From contig JBCKHR010000001.1 of assembly GCA_038905755.1 (NCBI GenBank), positions 29,453-93,452 of the forward strand: a stretch of DNA of 64,000 nucleotides. Reading direction: 5' to 3'. The notes under the pieces are model-generated. The model did not search any database. It was not told the DNA's origin and worked only from the letters and a program-made list of their open reading frames with translations. The stretch is from Candidatus Planktophila sp. Its GTDB lineage: Bacteria > Actinomycetota > Actinomycetes > Nanopelagicales > Nanopelagicaceae. Position 1 is the first letter of the stretch; every line of letters starts with the position of its first letter. This document shows, piece after piece, positions 54,771-64,000 of this stretch. Position numbers and translations under genes: made by a program.

Positions 54771-55784
54771 TTATGCTTGATCTGCATCGACGGATTCATC
54801 GTCAGTTGATGCGTTGTAATTTTGATGTTGGGTTGGATCAAATCCAAGCGGGCTGTCCTTAAGAGACATTCCCATTGAGAGAAGTTTTGTTTTTACTTCA
54901 TCGATGGATTTTGAACCAAAGTTACGAATGTCGAGCAAATCTGCTTCTGAACGATTTACCAATTCGCCAACGGTGTGAATTCCTTCGCGCTTGAGGCAGT
55001 TGTATGAACGAACTGTGAGGTCGAGGTCTTCAATTGGAAGAGCTAAGTCAGCAGCGAGCGCAGCATCCATCATGGATGGCCCCATCTCGATACCTTCAGC
55101 ATCAACGTTTAATTCGCGTGCTAGACCGAAGAGTTCAACCAAAGTCTTGCCAGCGGACGCTAGGGCATCGCGCGGCTTCATTGATGGCTTAGTCTCAACA
55201 TCTACAACGAGACGATCAAAGTCAGTCCGTTGTTCAACGCGAGTTGCTTCGACTTGGTAAGTAACTTTCAAAACTGGAGAGTAGATAGAGTCAACCGGAA
55301 TGCGACCGATTTCTGCACCAACTTGCTTGTTCTGCACTGCAGTTACATAGCCACGTCCGCGCTCGACCGTAAGTTCAATTTCTAGAGTGCCCTTGCCGTT
55401 TAGTGTTGCTAAGTGAAGCTCTGGATTATGTACTTCAACGCCGGCTGGAACAGCAATATCAGCACCAGTAACTGCGCCTGCTCCTGATTTGCGGATATAA
55501 ACCACGCTTGGCTCATCGTTATCGGATGAGAGCACCAAGTTCTTGATGTTCAACACGATATCGGTGAGGTCTTCTTTAACTCCTACTAGCGTCGTGAACT
55601 CATGGAGTGCACCGGCTACGCGGATGCTAGTAACTGCTGCACCTGGAATAGATGAAAGCAGGGTACGACGCATGCTGTTGCCTAGGGTGTAACCAAAACC
55701 TGGTTCTAACGGTTCAATAATGAAACGTGAACGGTTCGCGGATACTACTTCTTCACTGAGGGTGGGACGTTGCGCAATTAGCAC
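54771..55784 (-). CDS. rpoA: RNA polymerase alpha subunit
   Basis: [26 protein letters not shown] and RNFGSKS motifs. Confidence 0.98.
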   Translation of the reverse strand: MLIAQRPTLSEEVVSANRSRFIIEPLEPGFGYTLGNSMRRTLLSSIPGAAVTSIRVAGALHEFTTLVGVKEDLTDIVLNIKNLVLSSDNDEPSVVYIRKSGAGAVTGADIAVPAGVEVHNPELHLATLNGKGTLEIELTVERGRGYVTAVQNKQVGAEIGRIPVDSIYSPVLKVTYQVEATRVEQRTDFDRLVVDVETKPSMKPRDALASAGKTLVELFGLARELNVDAEGIEMGPSMMDAALAADLALPIEDLDLTVRSYNCLKREGIHTVGELVNRSEADLLDIRNFGSKSIDEVKTKLLSMGMSLKDSPLGFDPTQHQNYNASTDDESVDADQA

Positions 55785-55800
55785 TGTTGCTCCATTTCGC

Positions 55801-55822
55801 GGAAATCCACTATTTGATTTCC
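55801..55822 (-). ncRNA. Hairpin leader upstream of rpoA, resembling the L17-Actino-Proteobacteria r-leader
   Basis: Minus strand reads GGAAATC-AAATAGTG-GATTTCC just 5' of the rpoA RBS. Family assigned from memory. Confidence 0.55.
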
Positions 55823-55878
55823 TTCTTTTTACTACGGATACTGCTGGGGTGCATGTCTATTGCTAGACGGTAAGTAAA

Positions 55879-56505
55879 TTACTTGGAATAAAGTTCAACA
55901 ATGAGCTGCTCTTGAACTTGGGTATCGATAACAGCACGTGCTGGAACTCCGTGAATGATGATGCGCATCTGCGAACCAACAACTTCCATCCAAGCTGGTA
56001 CTGATTTCTCTCCAAGTTCTGCGCTAGCCACGATAAATGGCGTGAGATCCAATGACTTTGGAAGAACATCAACAATGTCCATCCCGCTTACCCGGAATGA
56101 AGGAATATTGACCTTCTTGCCATTTACCAAGAAGTGACCATGGCGAACAAGTTGGCGTGCCATGTCGCGACTCTTTGCAAAACCTGCACGATAAACAACG
56201 TTATCGAGGCGAGTCTCTAGAATCACTAGCAGGTTTTCACCGGTCTTGCCTTGCTTGCGGTTAGCTTCTTCGTAGTAACCACGGAATTGCTTCTCGAGTA
56301 CACCGTAAATACGTGCACACTTCTGCTTTTCACGCATCTGCAATAAGTACTCGGACTCTTTTGCACGGCCACGGCCATGTTGTCCTGGTGGATATGGACG
56401 AGATTCAATTGGACACTTTGGTCCATCGCATTTGCTTCCCTTAAGGAAGAGCTTTACTTTTTCGCGACGACAACGCTTGCAGTCTGCTCCGGTATAACGC
56501 GCCAT
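55879..56505 (-). CDS. rpsD: 30S ribosomal protein S4 (Zn-ribbon type)
   Basis: MARYTGADCKRCRRE, PGQHG, RLDNVVYR and VELYSK motifs. Confidence 0.98.
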   Translation of the reverse strand: MARYTGADCKRCRREKVKLFLKGSKCDGPKCPIESRPYPPGQHGRGRAKESEYLLQMREKQKCARIYGVLEKQFRGYYEEANRKQGKTGENLLVILETRLDNVVYRAGFAKSRDMARQLVRHGHFLVNGKKVNIPSFRVSGMDIVDVLPKSLDLTPFIVASAELGEKSVPAWMEVVGSQMRIIIHGVPARAVIDTQVQEQLIVELYSK

Positions 56506-56521
56506 TTATTGCCTTCCTTCC

Positions 56522-56938
56522 TTAAACTCGACGTAGTTTCGGTGGGCGACAGCCATTGTGTGGAGCAGGCGTTACATCAGTGATGGCACCAACTTCCAAA
56601 CCAGCTGCTTGCAAAGAACGAATTGCAGTTTCGCGTCCGGACCCTGGTCCCTTTACGAAAACATCTACCTTTTTTAAGCCATGCTCTTGCGCGCGACGAG
56701 CTGCAGCTTCTGCGGCTAGTTGTGCTGCGAATGGCGTTGACTTGCGTGAACCTTTGAAACCAACTTGGCCAGATGATGACCAAGAAATAACCGCGCCGGT
56801 TTGGTCAGTGATAGAGATGATGGTGTTATTGAATGTGCTCTTAATGTGAGCTTGTCCGACAGCAATGTTCTTCTTCTCTTTCTTACGAAGTTTAACTTTG
56901 CCCTTTGCAGGTGCGCTTTTTCCTTTAGGAGCGGCCAT
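56522..56938 (-). CDS. rpsK: 30S ribosomal protein S11
   Basis: [18 protein letters not shown] and PHNGCRPP motifs. Confidence 0.98.
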   Translation of the reverse strand: MAAPKGKSAPAKGKVKLRKKEKKNIAVGQAHIKSTFNNTIISITDQTGAVISWSSSGQVGFKGSRKSTPFAAQLAAEAAARRAQEHGLKKVDVFVKGPGSGRETAIRSLQAAGLEVGAITDVTPAPHNGCRPPKLRRV

Positions 56939-57315
56939 TACTTAGTCACCTTCTTCTTGCCAGCAATTGCTTTACGTGGTCCCTTACGCGTGCGCGCGTT
57001 AGTGTGTGTGCGCTGACCGCGAACAGGTAACCCTTTACGGTGACGAATTCCTTGGTAACACTGAATTTCAACTTTACGACGAATGTCGCCGGAAATTGCA
57101 CGGCGGAGATCGCCTTCGATTTTGTAGTTCGCTTCAATATATTCGCGAAGTTTTGCAAGATCTGGCTCTTGCAAATCTTTAACGCGAATATCTGGAGAAA
57201 TTCCAGTTGCTGCGAGAGTTTTTTGGGAACGAGTTAAACCCATTCCGAAGATATAAGTGAGTGCGACTTCAAGACGCTTTTCGCGCGGAAGATCGACACC
57301 AACGAGACGTGCCAT
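56938..57315 (-). CDS. rpsM: 30S ribosomal protein S13
   Basis: [10 protein letters not shown] and [17 protein letters not shown] motifs. Confidence 0.98.
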   Translation of the reverse strand: MARLVGVDLPREKRLEVALTYIFGMGLTRSQKTLAATGISPDIRVKDLQEPDLAKLREYIEANYKIEGDLRRAISGDIRRKVEIQCYQGIRHRKGLPVRGQRTHTNARTRKGPRKAIAGKKKVTK

Positions 57316-57428
57316 CTATTCAACCGATCTGTATCAGGAGGTCCTCCGCAGCGCTCTTCTCTGGCCTACCTGTCCAGAGGTCTTCTTTTATTAAAGAAGT
57401 CGCGCCACGCGTTTTTGGTATTGCTTAT

Positions 57429-57542
57429 TTATCCTTGACGTTGTTTGTGACGAAGGTTTTCGCAAATGACCATGACGCGACCCTTGCGGCGAATAACTTT
57501 GCACTTATCGCAAATCTTCTTCACACTTGGATTAACCTTCAT
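57429..57542 (-). CDS. rpmJ: 50S ribosomal protein L36 (not in the ORF track)
   Basis: Translates [37 protein letters not shown]. Confidence 0.97.
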   Translation of the reverse strand: MKVNPSVKKICDKCKVIRRKGRVMVICENLRHKQRQG

Positions 57543-57557
57543 GTCGTTGCTCCTTCG

Positions 57558-57779
57558 TTACTTATAACGATAAATAATTCGACCTTTTGTGAGGTCATAT
57601 GGGCTCATTTCCACAATCACACGATCTGCAGGCAAAATGCGAATGTAGTTCTTTCGCATCTTTCCGCTTATGTGCGCGAGTACTTTGTGCCCGTTTGTTA
57701 ATTCCACACGAAACATTGCATTAGGTAACGCTTCAGATACAGTGCCTTCCATTTCGATTGCACCATCTGATTTAGCCAA
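57558..57779 (-). CDS. infA: Translation initiation factor IF-1
   Basis: [17 protein letters not shown] and [10 protein letters not shown] motifs. Confidence 0.98.
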   Translation of the reverse strand: MAKSDGAIEMEGTVSEALPNAMFRVELTNGHKVLAHISGKMRKNYIRILPADRVIVEMSPYDLTKGRIIYRYK

Positions 57780-57902
57780 GCGATAACCACATTTCTATTC
57801 CGTACGTGAATCAAGCGAAGTCGTAGTCTAAGGCGCAGGCTCGAAATAGGGAAATCGAGGTTGCGGGAGCTATATTCTTCTCATTTATGGGCGTGAAAAG
57901 CG

Positions 57903-58712
57903 CTAAATCAACGTGGAAATCTCAATACCCATCGACCCCAACTTGGCCTTCCCGCCATCGAGGGCAGTTAGAACGAAAGGTTTGCCATCCGGTGCAATCG
58001 CATAGGAATGTTCAAAATGGGCACCGCGTGATCGATCGATTGAAACCACGGTCCAGCCATCTTTGAGAACTTTTGTCTTGGCCGATCCACGCGTAATCAT
58101 CGGTTCAATCGCTAAAACTAGACCGGGAATGATTTCTGGGCCGTTGCCAGCTTTCCCAAAATTTAAAACATGCGGTTCTTGATGCATTTCCGTTCCAATG
58201 CCGTGGCCGCCATACTCGCGCAAGATTCCATACCGACCTTGAGAGTTTACATATTTCTCAATTGCAAAACCAATATCAGTAAGTTTTGCGCCATTACATC
58301 CTGCGGCAATTCCAATCCAGATTGATTCTTGGCAAACTTCCATTAACTTTTGATCGGCGGCGTTAACGCTGCCGACACCTACTGAAATAGCTGCATCTCC
58401 ATGCCAGCCTTCAATGATGGCACCACAATCAATTGAAACAATATCACCGTCATTAATGGTTCGTGGTCCCGGAATTCCATGAACAATTTCATCGTTAATA
58501 GATACGCAAATCGTTGCTGGAAAGCCGTGATAACCCTTGAAGTTTGAAGTGCCACCACCACGTTTTATATTTGCCGCAGCAATCGCGTCCAACGCGTCGG
58601 TTGTCATCCCGGACTTAATTGATTCACGCAAGAGCTCAAGGGTCTGCCCAACTAGCAAACCGGCACGACGCATAATCTTTAACTGTGCCAGAGTCTTTAT
58701 TTGAATTGCCAT
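57903..58712 (-). CDS. map: Type I methionine aminopeptidase
   Basis: SINDEIVHGIP, DCGA, GHGIG, IEPM and AHFEH motifs. Confidence 0.96.
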   Translation of the reverse strand: MAIQIKTLAQLKIMRRAGLLVGQTLELLRESIKSGMTTDALDAIAAANIKRGGGTSNFKGYHGFPATICVSINDEIVHGIPGPRTINDGDIVSIDCGAIIEGWHGDAAISVGVGSVNAADQKLMEVCQESIWIGIAAGCNGAKLTDIGFAIEKYVNSQGRYGILREYGGHGIGTEMHQEPHVLNFGKAGNGPEIIPGLVLAIEPMITRGSAKTKVLKDGWTVVSIDRSRGAHFEHSYAIAPDGKPFVLTALDGGKAKLGSMGIEISTLI

Positions 58713-58720
58713 AAGCAAGC

Positions 58721-59311
58721 CTACTTAACGCGGTTAAGCGCTGAAATGGCGCGCTCGGTGATTTCTTCTACCGAACCCATTGCGCTAATAGTTATGAGTA
58801 AACCTTCACCGCGGTAAAAAGCAACGATTGGTGCAGTTTGCTCTTCATAAACTTCTAAGCGGCGAGCAATAACTTCTGCTCTATCATCTTCGCGCTGATA
58901 ATACTCACCCGTCGTCGGGTCTAATGTTTTACGGATGCTCAGTCTGGCGATTATCTCTTCATCTGCAATTGAAAGTTCGAGCACGGCATCAAGTGACGTT
59001 TGCATCGAAGCCAAAATCGCACGAAGTACTTCGGCTTGCGCAACATTACGGGGAAAACCGTCAAGGAGAAAGCCGCTGGCCACATCGCTCTGTGTTAAAC
59101 GCTCACGCACCATTTCATTAGTTACTGAATCAGGAACCAATTCACCACGATCAATAAAAGCTTTCGCTTCTAAACCAAGCGGTGTGCTGGCTTTCAAATT
59201 TGCACGGAAAATATCGCCAGTTGAAATATGTGGAATCGAAAACTGTGCCGAGAGGAATTGAGCTTGTGTTCCTTTTCCAGCACCTGGTGGACCAGCCAGG
59301 ACAAGGCGCAT
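58721..59311 (-). CDS. adk: Adenylate kinase with a short, Cys-free lid
   Basis: GPPGAGKGTQ, STGDIFR, LDGFPR and QREDD motifs. Confidence 0.97.
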   Translation of the reverse strand: MRLVLAGPPGAGKGTQAQFLSAQFSIPHISTGDIFRANLKASTPLGLEAKAFIDRGELVPDSVTNEMVRERLTQSDVASGFLLDGFPRNVAQAEVLRAILASMQTSLDAVLELSIADEEIIARLSIRKTLDPTTGEYYQREDDRAEVIARRLEVYEEQTAPIVAFYRGEGLLITISAMGSVEEITERAISALNRVK

Positions 59312-60606
59312 TATTTCAAAAATCCCTCGTAGGAACGTTGTTGCAATTGTGATTCAATTTGTTTGGCGGTGTCGAGACCAACACCAACAATAATCAAAAT
59401 CGCAGTTCCACCGAATGGGAAGTTCTGATTTGCACCGAAGAGCACAAGCGCCCCGATTGGGATTACTGCTACCAGAGCTAAATACATCGATCCTGGAGCT
59501 GTGATTCGAGAGAGAACATATTGTAAATATTCTGACGTTGGTCGTCCTGCACGAATTCCTGGGACGAAACCACCGTACTTCTTCATATTTTCAGCAACTT
59601 CATCTGGGTTGAAAGTAATTGCAACATAGAAGTAGGTGAAGAAAATAATGAGAAGTGCGTAAGTAATGACATAAATCAGATTGTCACCCTCAATAAAGTT
59701 ACGGCTAATCCAAACCGCCCATGCTGATTGGCTACCTGTGAAGTTCACAATAAGCGAAGGAATGTAGAGCAGAGATGAAGCAAAAATTACTGGGATAACG
59801 CCAGCTTGATTTACTTTGATTGGGATGTATGTATTAGTTCCGCCATATGATTGACGCCCCACCATGCGCGTGGCATATTGAACAGGGATTCGGCGCTGTG
59901 CTTGCTCCACGAAAACAACGAGGGCAACAACAAGAACTCCAACCGCAAGAACGAAAATGAAAGCGAATAGACCCTTTTGTAATTTAATTGACCACAAGTT
60001 GCTAGGAAAACCTGAGGCGATTGAAGTAAAAATCAAGATTGACATGCCGTTACCAATGCCACGGTCAGTGATTAATTCACCAAGCCACATGATGACAGAA
60101 GTTGCTGCGGTCATTACGAAAATCATGGTAACGATACGTTGCCAAGAAGTATCTGGAATAATCGCAAGTTCACAACCTGCAATCAAACGACCCGGTGTGC
60201 GAGCAACTGCGATCAAGCCAGTTGATTGCAAAATCGCTAACCCAATCGTCAAATAACGAGTGTATTGGGTGAGCTTTGCAGTTCCGGATTGTCCTTCTTG
60301 CTTCAGAGCTTCAAAGCGAGGAATAACGACGGTCAACAACTGAACAATGATCGAACTGGTGATGTAAGGCATGATGCCAAGTGCAAATACTGAGAGTTGA
60401 AGTAACGCGCCGCCGCTAAATAAGTTAATTAAACCGAAGAGCCCACCCGATTGAACCGTTGTTAGACACTTTTGAACATTTTCATAAGAAACGCCAGGTG
60501 TCGGTACAACGGAGCCGAAGCGGAACAGAGCCATGATTGAGAGAGTGAAGAAGATTTTCCTACGCAAATCAGGTGTCCTAAAGGCCATTGCGAATGCTGA
60601 AAGCAT
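59311..60606 (-). CDS. secY: Preprotein translocase SecY
   Basis: LGIMPYITSSI, GIGNGMS, AGVIPVIFA and PGIRAG motifs. Confidence 0.98.
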   Translation of the reverse strand: MLSAFAMAFRTPDLRRKIFFTLSIMALFRFGSVVPTPGVSYENVQKCLTTVQSGGLFGLINLFSGGALLQLSVFALGIMPYITSSIIVQLLTVVIPRFEALKQEGQSGTAKLTQYTRYLTIGLAILQSTGLIAVARTPGRLIAGCELAIIPDTSWQRIVTMIFVMTAATSVIMWLGELITDRGIGNGMSILIFTSIASGFPSNLWSIKLQKGLFAFIFVLAVGVLVVALVVFVEQAQRRIPVQYATRMVGRQSYGGTNTYIPIKVNQAGVIPVIFASSLLYIPSLIVNFTGSQSAWAVWISRNFIEGDNLIYVITYALLIIFFTYFYVAITFNPDEVAENMKKYGGFVPGIRAGRPTSEYLQYVLSRITAPGSMYLALVAVIPIGALVLFGANQNFPFGGTAILIIVGVGLDTAKQIESQLQQRSYEGFLK

Positions 60607-60642
60607 TGATCTTCCTCCCTCTAACGAATCAACGAAAAATGT

Positions 60643-61086
60643 TTAAAGAACTTTGGTAGTTCCGCCAGCTGCAACAATCTTGTCGACTGCTGAAGCTGAG
60701 AAACCATGTGCGGTGACATTTACCTTCACGGCAATGTCACCATTCCCGAGAACCTTAACTGGCAACTCGTGACGAACTGCTCCTTTTTCGATCAAGTCTG
60801 CCACGCTTACATCGCCACCCTTTGGGAAGAGCGCGTTAATTGTCGAAACATTGACGCACTGGTACTCAACGCGCGCTGGGTTCTTAAAGCCGCGCAACTT
60901 AGGCAAGCGCATTACGAGAGGTAGCTGACCACCTTCGAAACCTGCACGAACTTGGTTACGGGCACGAGTTCCTTTTCCACCGCGACCGGCAGTTTTACCT
61001 TTAGATGCTTCGCCGCGGCCTTTACGAGTCTTATCTTTTTTAGCACCTGGTGCTGGACGAAGATGATGAAGTTTTAATAAAGTCAT
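60643..61086 (-). CDS. rplO: 50S ribosomal protein L15
   Basis: GKTAGRG and GFEGGQLPL motifs. Confidence 0.98.
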   Translation of the reverse strand: MTLLKLHHLRPAPGAKKDKTRKGRGEASKGKTAGRGGKGTRARNQVRAGFEGGQLPLVMRLPKLRGFKNPARVEYQCVNVSTINALFPKGGDVSVADLIEKGAVRHELPVKVLGNGDIAVKVNVTAHGFSASAVDKIVAAGGTTKVL

Positions 61087-61088
61087 CT

Positions 61089-61271
61089 TTATTCGACCTC
61101 CTCAACCTTGATTAAGTGGCGGACGGCGAACACCATGCCACGAATTTCTGGACGGTCTTCTTTAACAACAACATCATTGATGCGCTTGAGTCCAAGCGAA
61201 CGAAGGGTGTCGCGAAGTTCTGGCTTTTGGCCAACTTTTGAGCGGAGTTGAGTTACTTTCAAGCGTGGCAT
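61089..61271 (-). CDS. rpmD: 50S ribosomal protein L30
   Basis: [10 protein letters not shown] and IRGMV motifs; operon position. Confidence 0.96.
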   Translation of the reverse strand: MPRLKVTQLRSKVGQKPELRDTLRSLGLKRINDVVVKEDRPEIRGMVFAVRHLIKVEEVE

Positions 61272-61874
61272 TTAGGCACCTACCGTAATCGCTGAAGCGC
61301 GGATGATTGCTGCTGGTGCAACATCTTCAAGTGGGCGACCACGGCGAGCAGCAATTGCTGCTGGACTCTCAAGTTGTTTCAACGCTGCAACAGTGGCGCG
61401 AACCATGTTGATTGCATTGTTTGAACCGAGGGACTTGGTCAATACATCGCTGATGCCTGCGCACTCAAGAACTGCACGGACTGGGCCACCGGCGATAACT
61501 CCGGTACCTGGGCTAGCTGGGCGAAGAAGAACTACCCCGGCAGCTGCTTCGCCTTGAACTGCGTGAGGAATCGTTCCTTGGATACGCGGAACTTTAAAGA
61601 ATGACTTCTTCGCTTCTTCCACTGCTTTAGCAATTGCTTGAGGAACTTCTTTGCTCTTGCCGTAACCAACACCGACAGATCCGTTGCCATCTCCGACAAC
61701 GACTAGCGCGGTAAATGAGAAACGACGTCCGCCCTTAACAACTTTAGAAACACGGTTAATGAAAACAACGCGCTCCATGAATGGGCTCTTATCTTGTTGG
61801 CGATCATCGCGACGTTCACGACGTCCACCGCTCTTTGCAGGAGCACCTTCGTTTGAATTTGGATTAACAGCCAT
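61272..61874 (-). CDS. rpsE: 30S ribosomal protein S5
   Basis: [14 protein letters not shown] and GTGVIAGG motifs. Confidence 0.98.
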   Translation of the reverse strand: MAVNPNSNEGAPAKSGGRRERRDDRQQDKSPFMERVVFINRVSKVVKGGRRFSFTALVVVGDGNGSVGVGYGKSKEVPQAIAKAVEEAKKSFFKVPRIQGTIPHAVQGEAAAGVVLLRPASPGTGVIAGGPVRAVLECAGISDVLTKSLGSNNAINMVRATVAALKQLESPAAIAARRGRPLEDVAPAAIIRASAITVGA

Positions 61875-62251
61875 TAGAACTCCAATCCATTCTCTCGTGC
61901 ACTCATCGCAACTGCTGCAATGCGACCGTGGTACTTATTTCCTGCGCGGTCAAAGACAACGCTGGAAACTCCAACAGCTTTAGCGCGTGCTGCAATTAGC
62001 GCACCAACTTCGCGAGATTTCGCCGTTTTGTCGCCTTTGCTCGCACGAAGATCTGCTTCCATCGTTGATGCATATGCCAAAGTCTTGCCTTGGGTGTCAT
62101 CAATAACTTGCACGAATAAGTGGCGACTTGAGCGAGAAACAACCAGGCGTGGTCTGGTAGAAGTTCCTGAGACCTTCTTGCGGACGCGAAAATGACGACG
62201 GGCGCGGGCATTTGTTGCCGAACCTTTACGGACTTTTACTCCAATGGCCAT
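61874..62251 (-). CDS. rplR: 50S ribosomal protein L18
   Basis: RPRLVVSRS and [12 protein letters not shown] motifs. Confidence 0.98.
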   Translation of the reverse strand: MAIGVKVRKGSATNARARRHFRVRKKVSGTSTRPRLVVSRSSRHLFVQVIDDTQGKTLAYASTMEADLRASKGDKTAKSREVGALIAARAKAVGVSSVVFDRAGNKYHGRIAAVAMSARENGLEF

Positions 62252-62790
62252 TACTTCTTACCTGTCTTTCCTTGCTTGCGGCGAACTACTTCGCCTGACA
62301 AACGTAAGCCCTTGCCCTTGTAAGGATCGGCCTTACGTAACTTCTTAATTTTTGCAGCAGTTTCGCCAACTAGCTGCTTATCAATTCCAAAGATATGGAG
62401 CTTGGTTGGCGTTTCAACTTTGAAAGTTATTCCTGCAGGGGATAAAACGCTGATGTTGTGGCTGTAACCGAGTTGGAATTCAAGGTCTTTGCCCTTTTCT
62501 GCAACACGATAGCCAACACCGACGATTTCGATTGTGAGGGTGTAACCATTAGTTACGCCTTCAACCATGTTTGCAACAAGGGTGCGAGATAGGCCATGAA
62601 GTGAACGAGTTAGGCGCTCTTCATTTGGGCGAGCGAGCGTGATAACGCCATTGCTGGCAGAAACTTGGATTGGCTCTGCAACGTTAAGAGTAAGCAACCC
62701 TTTAGGACCATTAACTACAACGTGTTGTCCAGCAATTGTTACTTCAACTCCGCTAGGAACGGTAATTGGCATACGACCGATACGTGACAT
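62251..62790 (-). CDS. rplF: 50S ribosomal protein L6
   Basis: MSRIGR, GVGYR and PYKGKG motifs. Confidence 0.98.
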   Translation of the reverse strand: MSRIGRMPITVPSGVEVTIAGQHVVVNGPKGLLTLNVAEPIQVSASNGVITLARPNEERLTRSLHGLSRTLVANMVEGVTNGYTLTIEIVGVGYRVAEKGKDLEFQLGYSHNISVLSPAGITFKVETPTKLHIFGIDKQLVGETAAKIKKLRKADPYKGKGLRLSGEVVRRKQGKTGKK

Positions 62791-62797
62791 TATTCGA

Positions 62798-63202
62798 TTA
62801 CCATACGTAGGCGAGGACTTCTCCGCCTACACCTTGTTTGTTGGCTTGCTTATCAGTGAGCAAGCCAGATGAAGTTGAAATTATTGCAACGCCAAGTCCA
62901 CCAAGTACGTTTGGAAGAGATGTTGACTTTGCGTAAACGCGAAGCCCTGGCTTGCTAACGCGACGAAGACCAGCGATTGAACGTTCGCGGTTTGCGCCAA
63001 ACTTAAGATCAAGAATTAAAGTCTTGCCTACTCCATTTTCATTATCTTCAACGCGGAAACCGCCAATAAAACCCTCCACTTGGAGAATTGTGGCGATACG
63101 AACCTTGACCGATGAAGACGGCATTGAAACCGAGTCATGGTAGGCAGAGTTCGCGTTGCGCAGACGTGTCAACATGTCTGCGATCGGATCTGTCATTGTC
63201 AT
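62798..63202 (-). CDS. rpsH: 30S ribosomal protein S8
   Basis: [20 protein letters not shown] and GGEVL motifs. Confidence 0.98.
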   Translation of the reverse strand: MTMTDPIADMLTRLRNANSAYHDSVSMPSSSVKVRIATILQVEGFIGGFRVEDNENGVGKTLILDLKFGANRERSIAGLRRVSKPGLRVYAKSTSLPNVLGGLGVAIISTSSGLLTDKQANKQGVGGEVLAYVW

Positions 63203-63222
63203 ACGTGGCCTGTGGCCTTTCT

Positions 63223-63260
63223 CGAACTGGTTTCTTCACACGCTGTGAAGACCTACTTCG
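63223..63260 (-). ncRNA. Candidate S8-binding leader hairpin (16S helix-21 mimic) upstream of rpsH
   Basis: Minus strand reads CGAAGUAGGUCUUCAC-agcgu-GUGAAGAAACCAGUUCG. Confidence 0.5.
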
Positions 63261-63277
63261 TAGTTGTTAGTTGGGAA

Positions 63278-63463
63278 TTACCAAGAAGCTTTTGTAATGC
63301 CAGGAAGTTCACCGCGGTGCGCCATTTCACGGAAGCAGATGCGGCAAATACCAAATTTTTGATAGACAGCATGTGGGCGACCACAGCGCTGGCACCGGGT
63401 ATATCCGCGAACCTTAAACTTTGGTTTGCGAGCAGCTTTTACCTTTAGCGATGTTTTTGCCAT
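63278..63463 (-). CDS. rpsN: 30S ribosomal protein S14 (type Z, Zn-binding)
   Basis: RCQRCGR...CRICFRE; 61 aa. Confidence 0.97.
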   Translation of the reverse strand: MAKTSLKVKAARKPKFKVRGYTRCQRCGRPHAVYQKFGICRICFREMAHRGELPGITKASW

Positions 63464-63466
63464 CTC

Positions 63467-64000
63467 TTATGCCTCCTTGAATGGAAAGCCGAGAGCTTTA
63501 AGAAGTGCTCGACCTTCTGCATCATTTGATGCTGTAGTAACAATGGTGATATCCATGCCGCGCGGACGATCCACTTTGTCTTGCTCGATTTCTGGAAATA
63601 CAACCTGCTCGATTAGACCGAAGGTGTAGTTACCTTTTCCATCAAACTGCTTCGGTGAAAGTCCGCGGAAGTCGCGGATACGTGGCAATGAAATTGAGAT
63701 CAAGCGATCTGCGAATTCCCACATACGGTCGCCACGCAAAGTCACATGAGCGCCAATTGGTTGTCCTTCGCGAAGTTTGAATTGCGCAATTGATTTACGT
63801 GACTTAGTTACTTGTGGTTTTTGGCCAGTGATAGTTGTTAAGTCGCGGATTGCGCCTTCGATTAACTTGGAATCGCGTGCCGCTTCGCCAACACCCATAT
63901 TGACCACAATCTTGGTCAAAGTTGGAATCTGCATTACGTTCTTGAAACCAAATTCACTTTGAAGTGCCGGAGCAATTGCGCTCTTGTACCTAGTTTTTAA
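63467..64000 (-). CDS. rplE: 50S ribosomal protein L5, 5' end outside the window
   Basis: [18 protein letters not shown] and FDGKGNY motifs; frame open to the window edge ([13 protein letters not shown]...). Confidence 0.97.
   Translation of the reverse strand, partial: LKTRYKSAIAPALQSEFGFKNVMQIPTLTKIVVNMGVGEAARDSKLIEGAIRDLTTITGQKPQVTKSRKSIAQFKLREGQPIGAHVTLRGDRMWEFADRLISISLPRIRDFRGLSPKQFDGKGNYTFGLIEQVVFPEIEQDKVDRPRGMDITIVTTASNDAEGRALLKALGFPFKEA

Noticed and set aside
55855-55870. TGTCTATTGCTAGAC between rpsD and rpoA
   Set aside because: Spacer is only 4 nt; a small hairpin in a core operon, unrelated to the N11 dyad.
57261-57701. 146-aa plus-strand ORF across rpsM-rpmJ-infA
   Set aside because: Antisense to three core genes; the real gene here is rpmJ on the minus strand.

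Overview
A gene-dense, moderate-GC actinobacterial chromosome segment, encoded mostly on the minus strand. The tiny intergenic spaces, leaderless TANNNT promoters, His-tailed GroEL1, guaB/guaB3 pair and a TITCxKGK...CPxG surface-protein motif point to a streamlined freshwater acI/Nanopelagicales-type organism (inference). Housekeeping content in order: nucleoside uptake and salvage cluster with a cytochrome P450, trpS, a CNNM protein, msiK with its leader RNA, an AGE-family epimerase, icd, mdh, folD, purH, purN, sucCD, pcrA, guaA/guaB3/guaB, groESL with CIRCE, tsaEBD, a LIV-type ABC transporter with a secreted hydrolase, alr, glmS, glmM, rplM-rpsI, truA, and the alpha/spc ribosomal operons. 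There are three accessory spots: the left window edge (orphan ORF plus a 15-bp inverted repeat), a hipBA-type module between guaB and groEL, and a ~2.3 kb insertion between truA and rplM. That insertion carries an Ala-rich secreted protein with a lipase-like tip. It is bracketed by imperfect direct repeats (the right copy is a TGTCTA-N11-TAGACA dyad) and has adjacent 11-bp-phased tandem boxes. The ORF track missed rpmJ and a 31-aa, internally deleted but in-frame acpS remnant just upstream of alr. Other oddities are a TsaB-RimI fusion, an IMPDH without CBS domains, an Adk with a shortened Cys-free lid, a probable ATT start codon, and several ribosomal-protein leader structures. I saw no rRNA, tRNA, CRISPR array, integrase or transposase.
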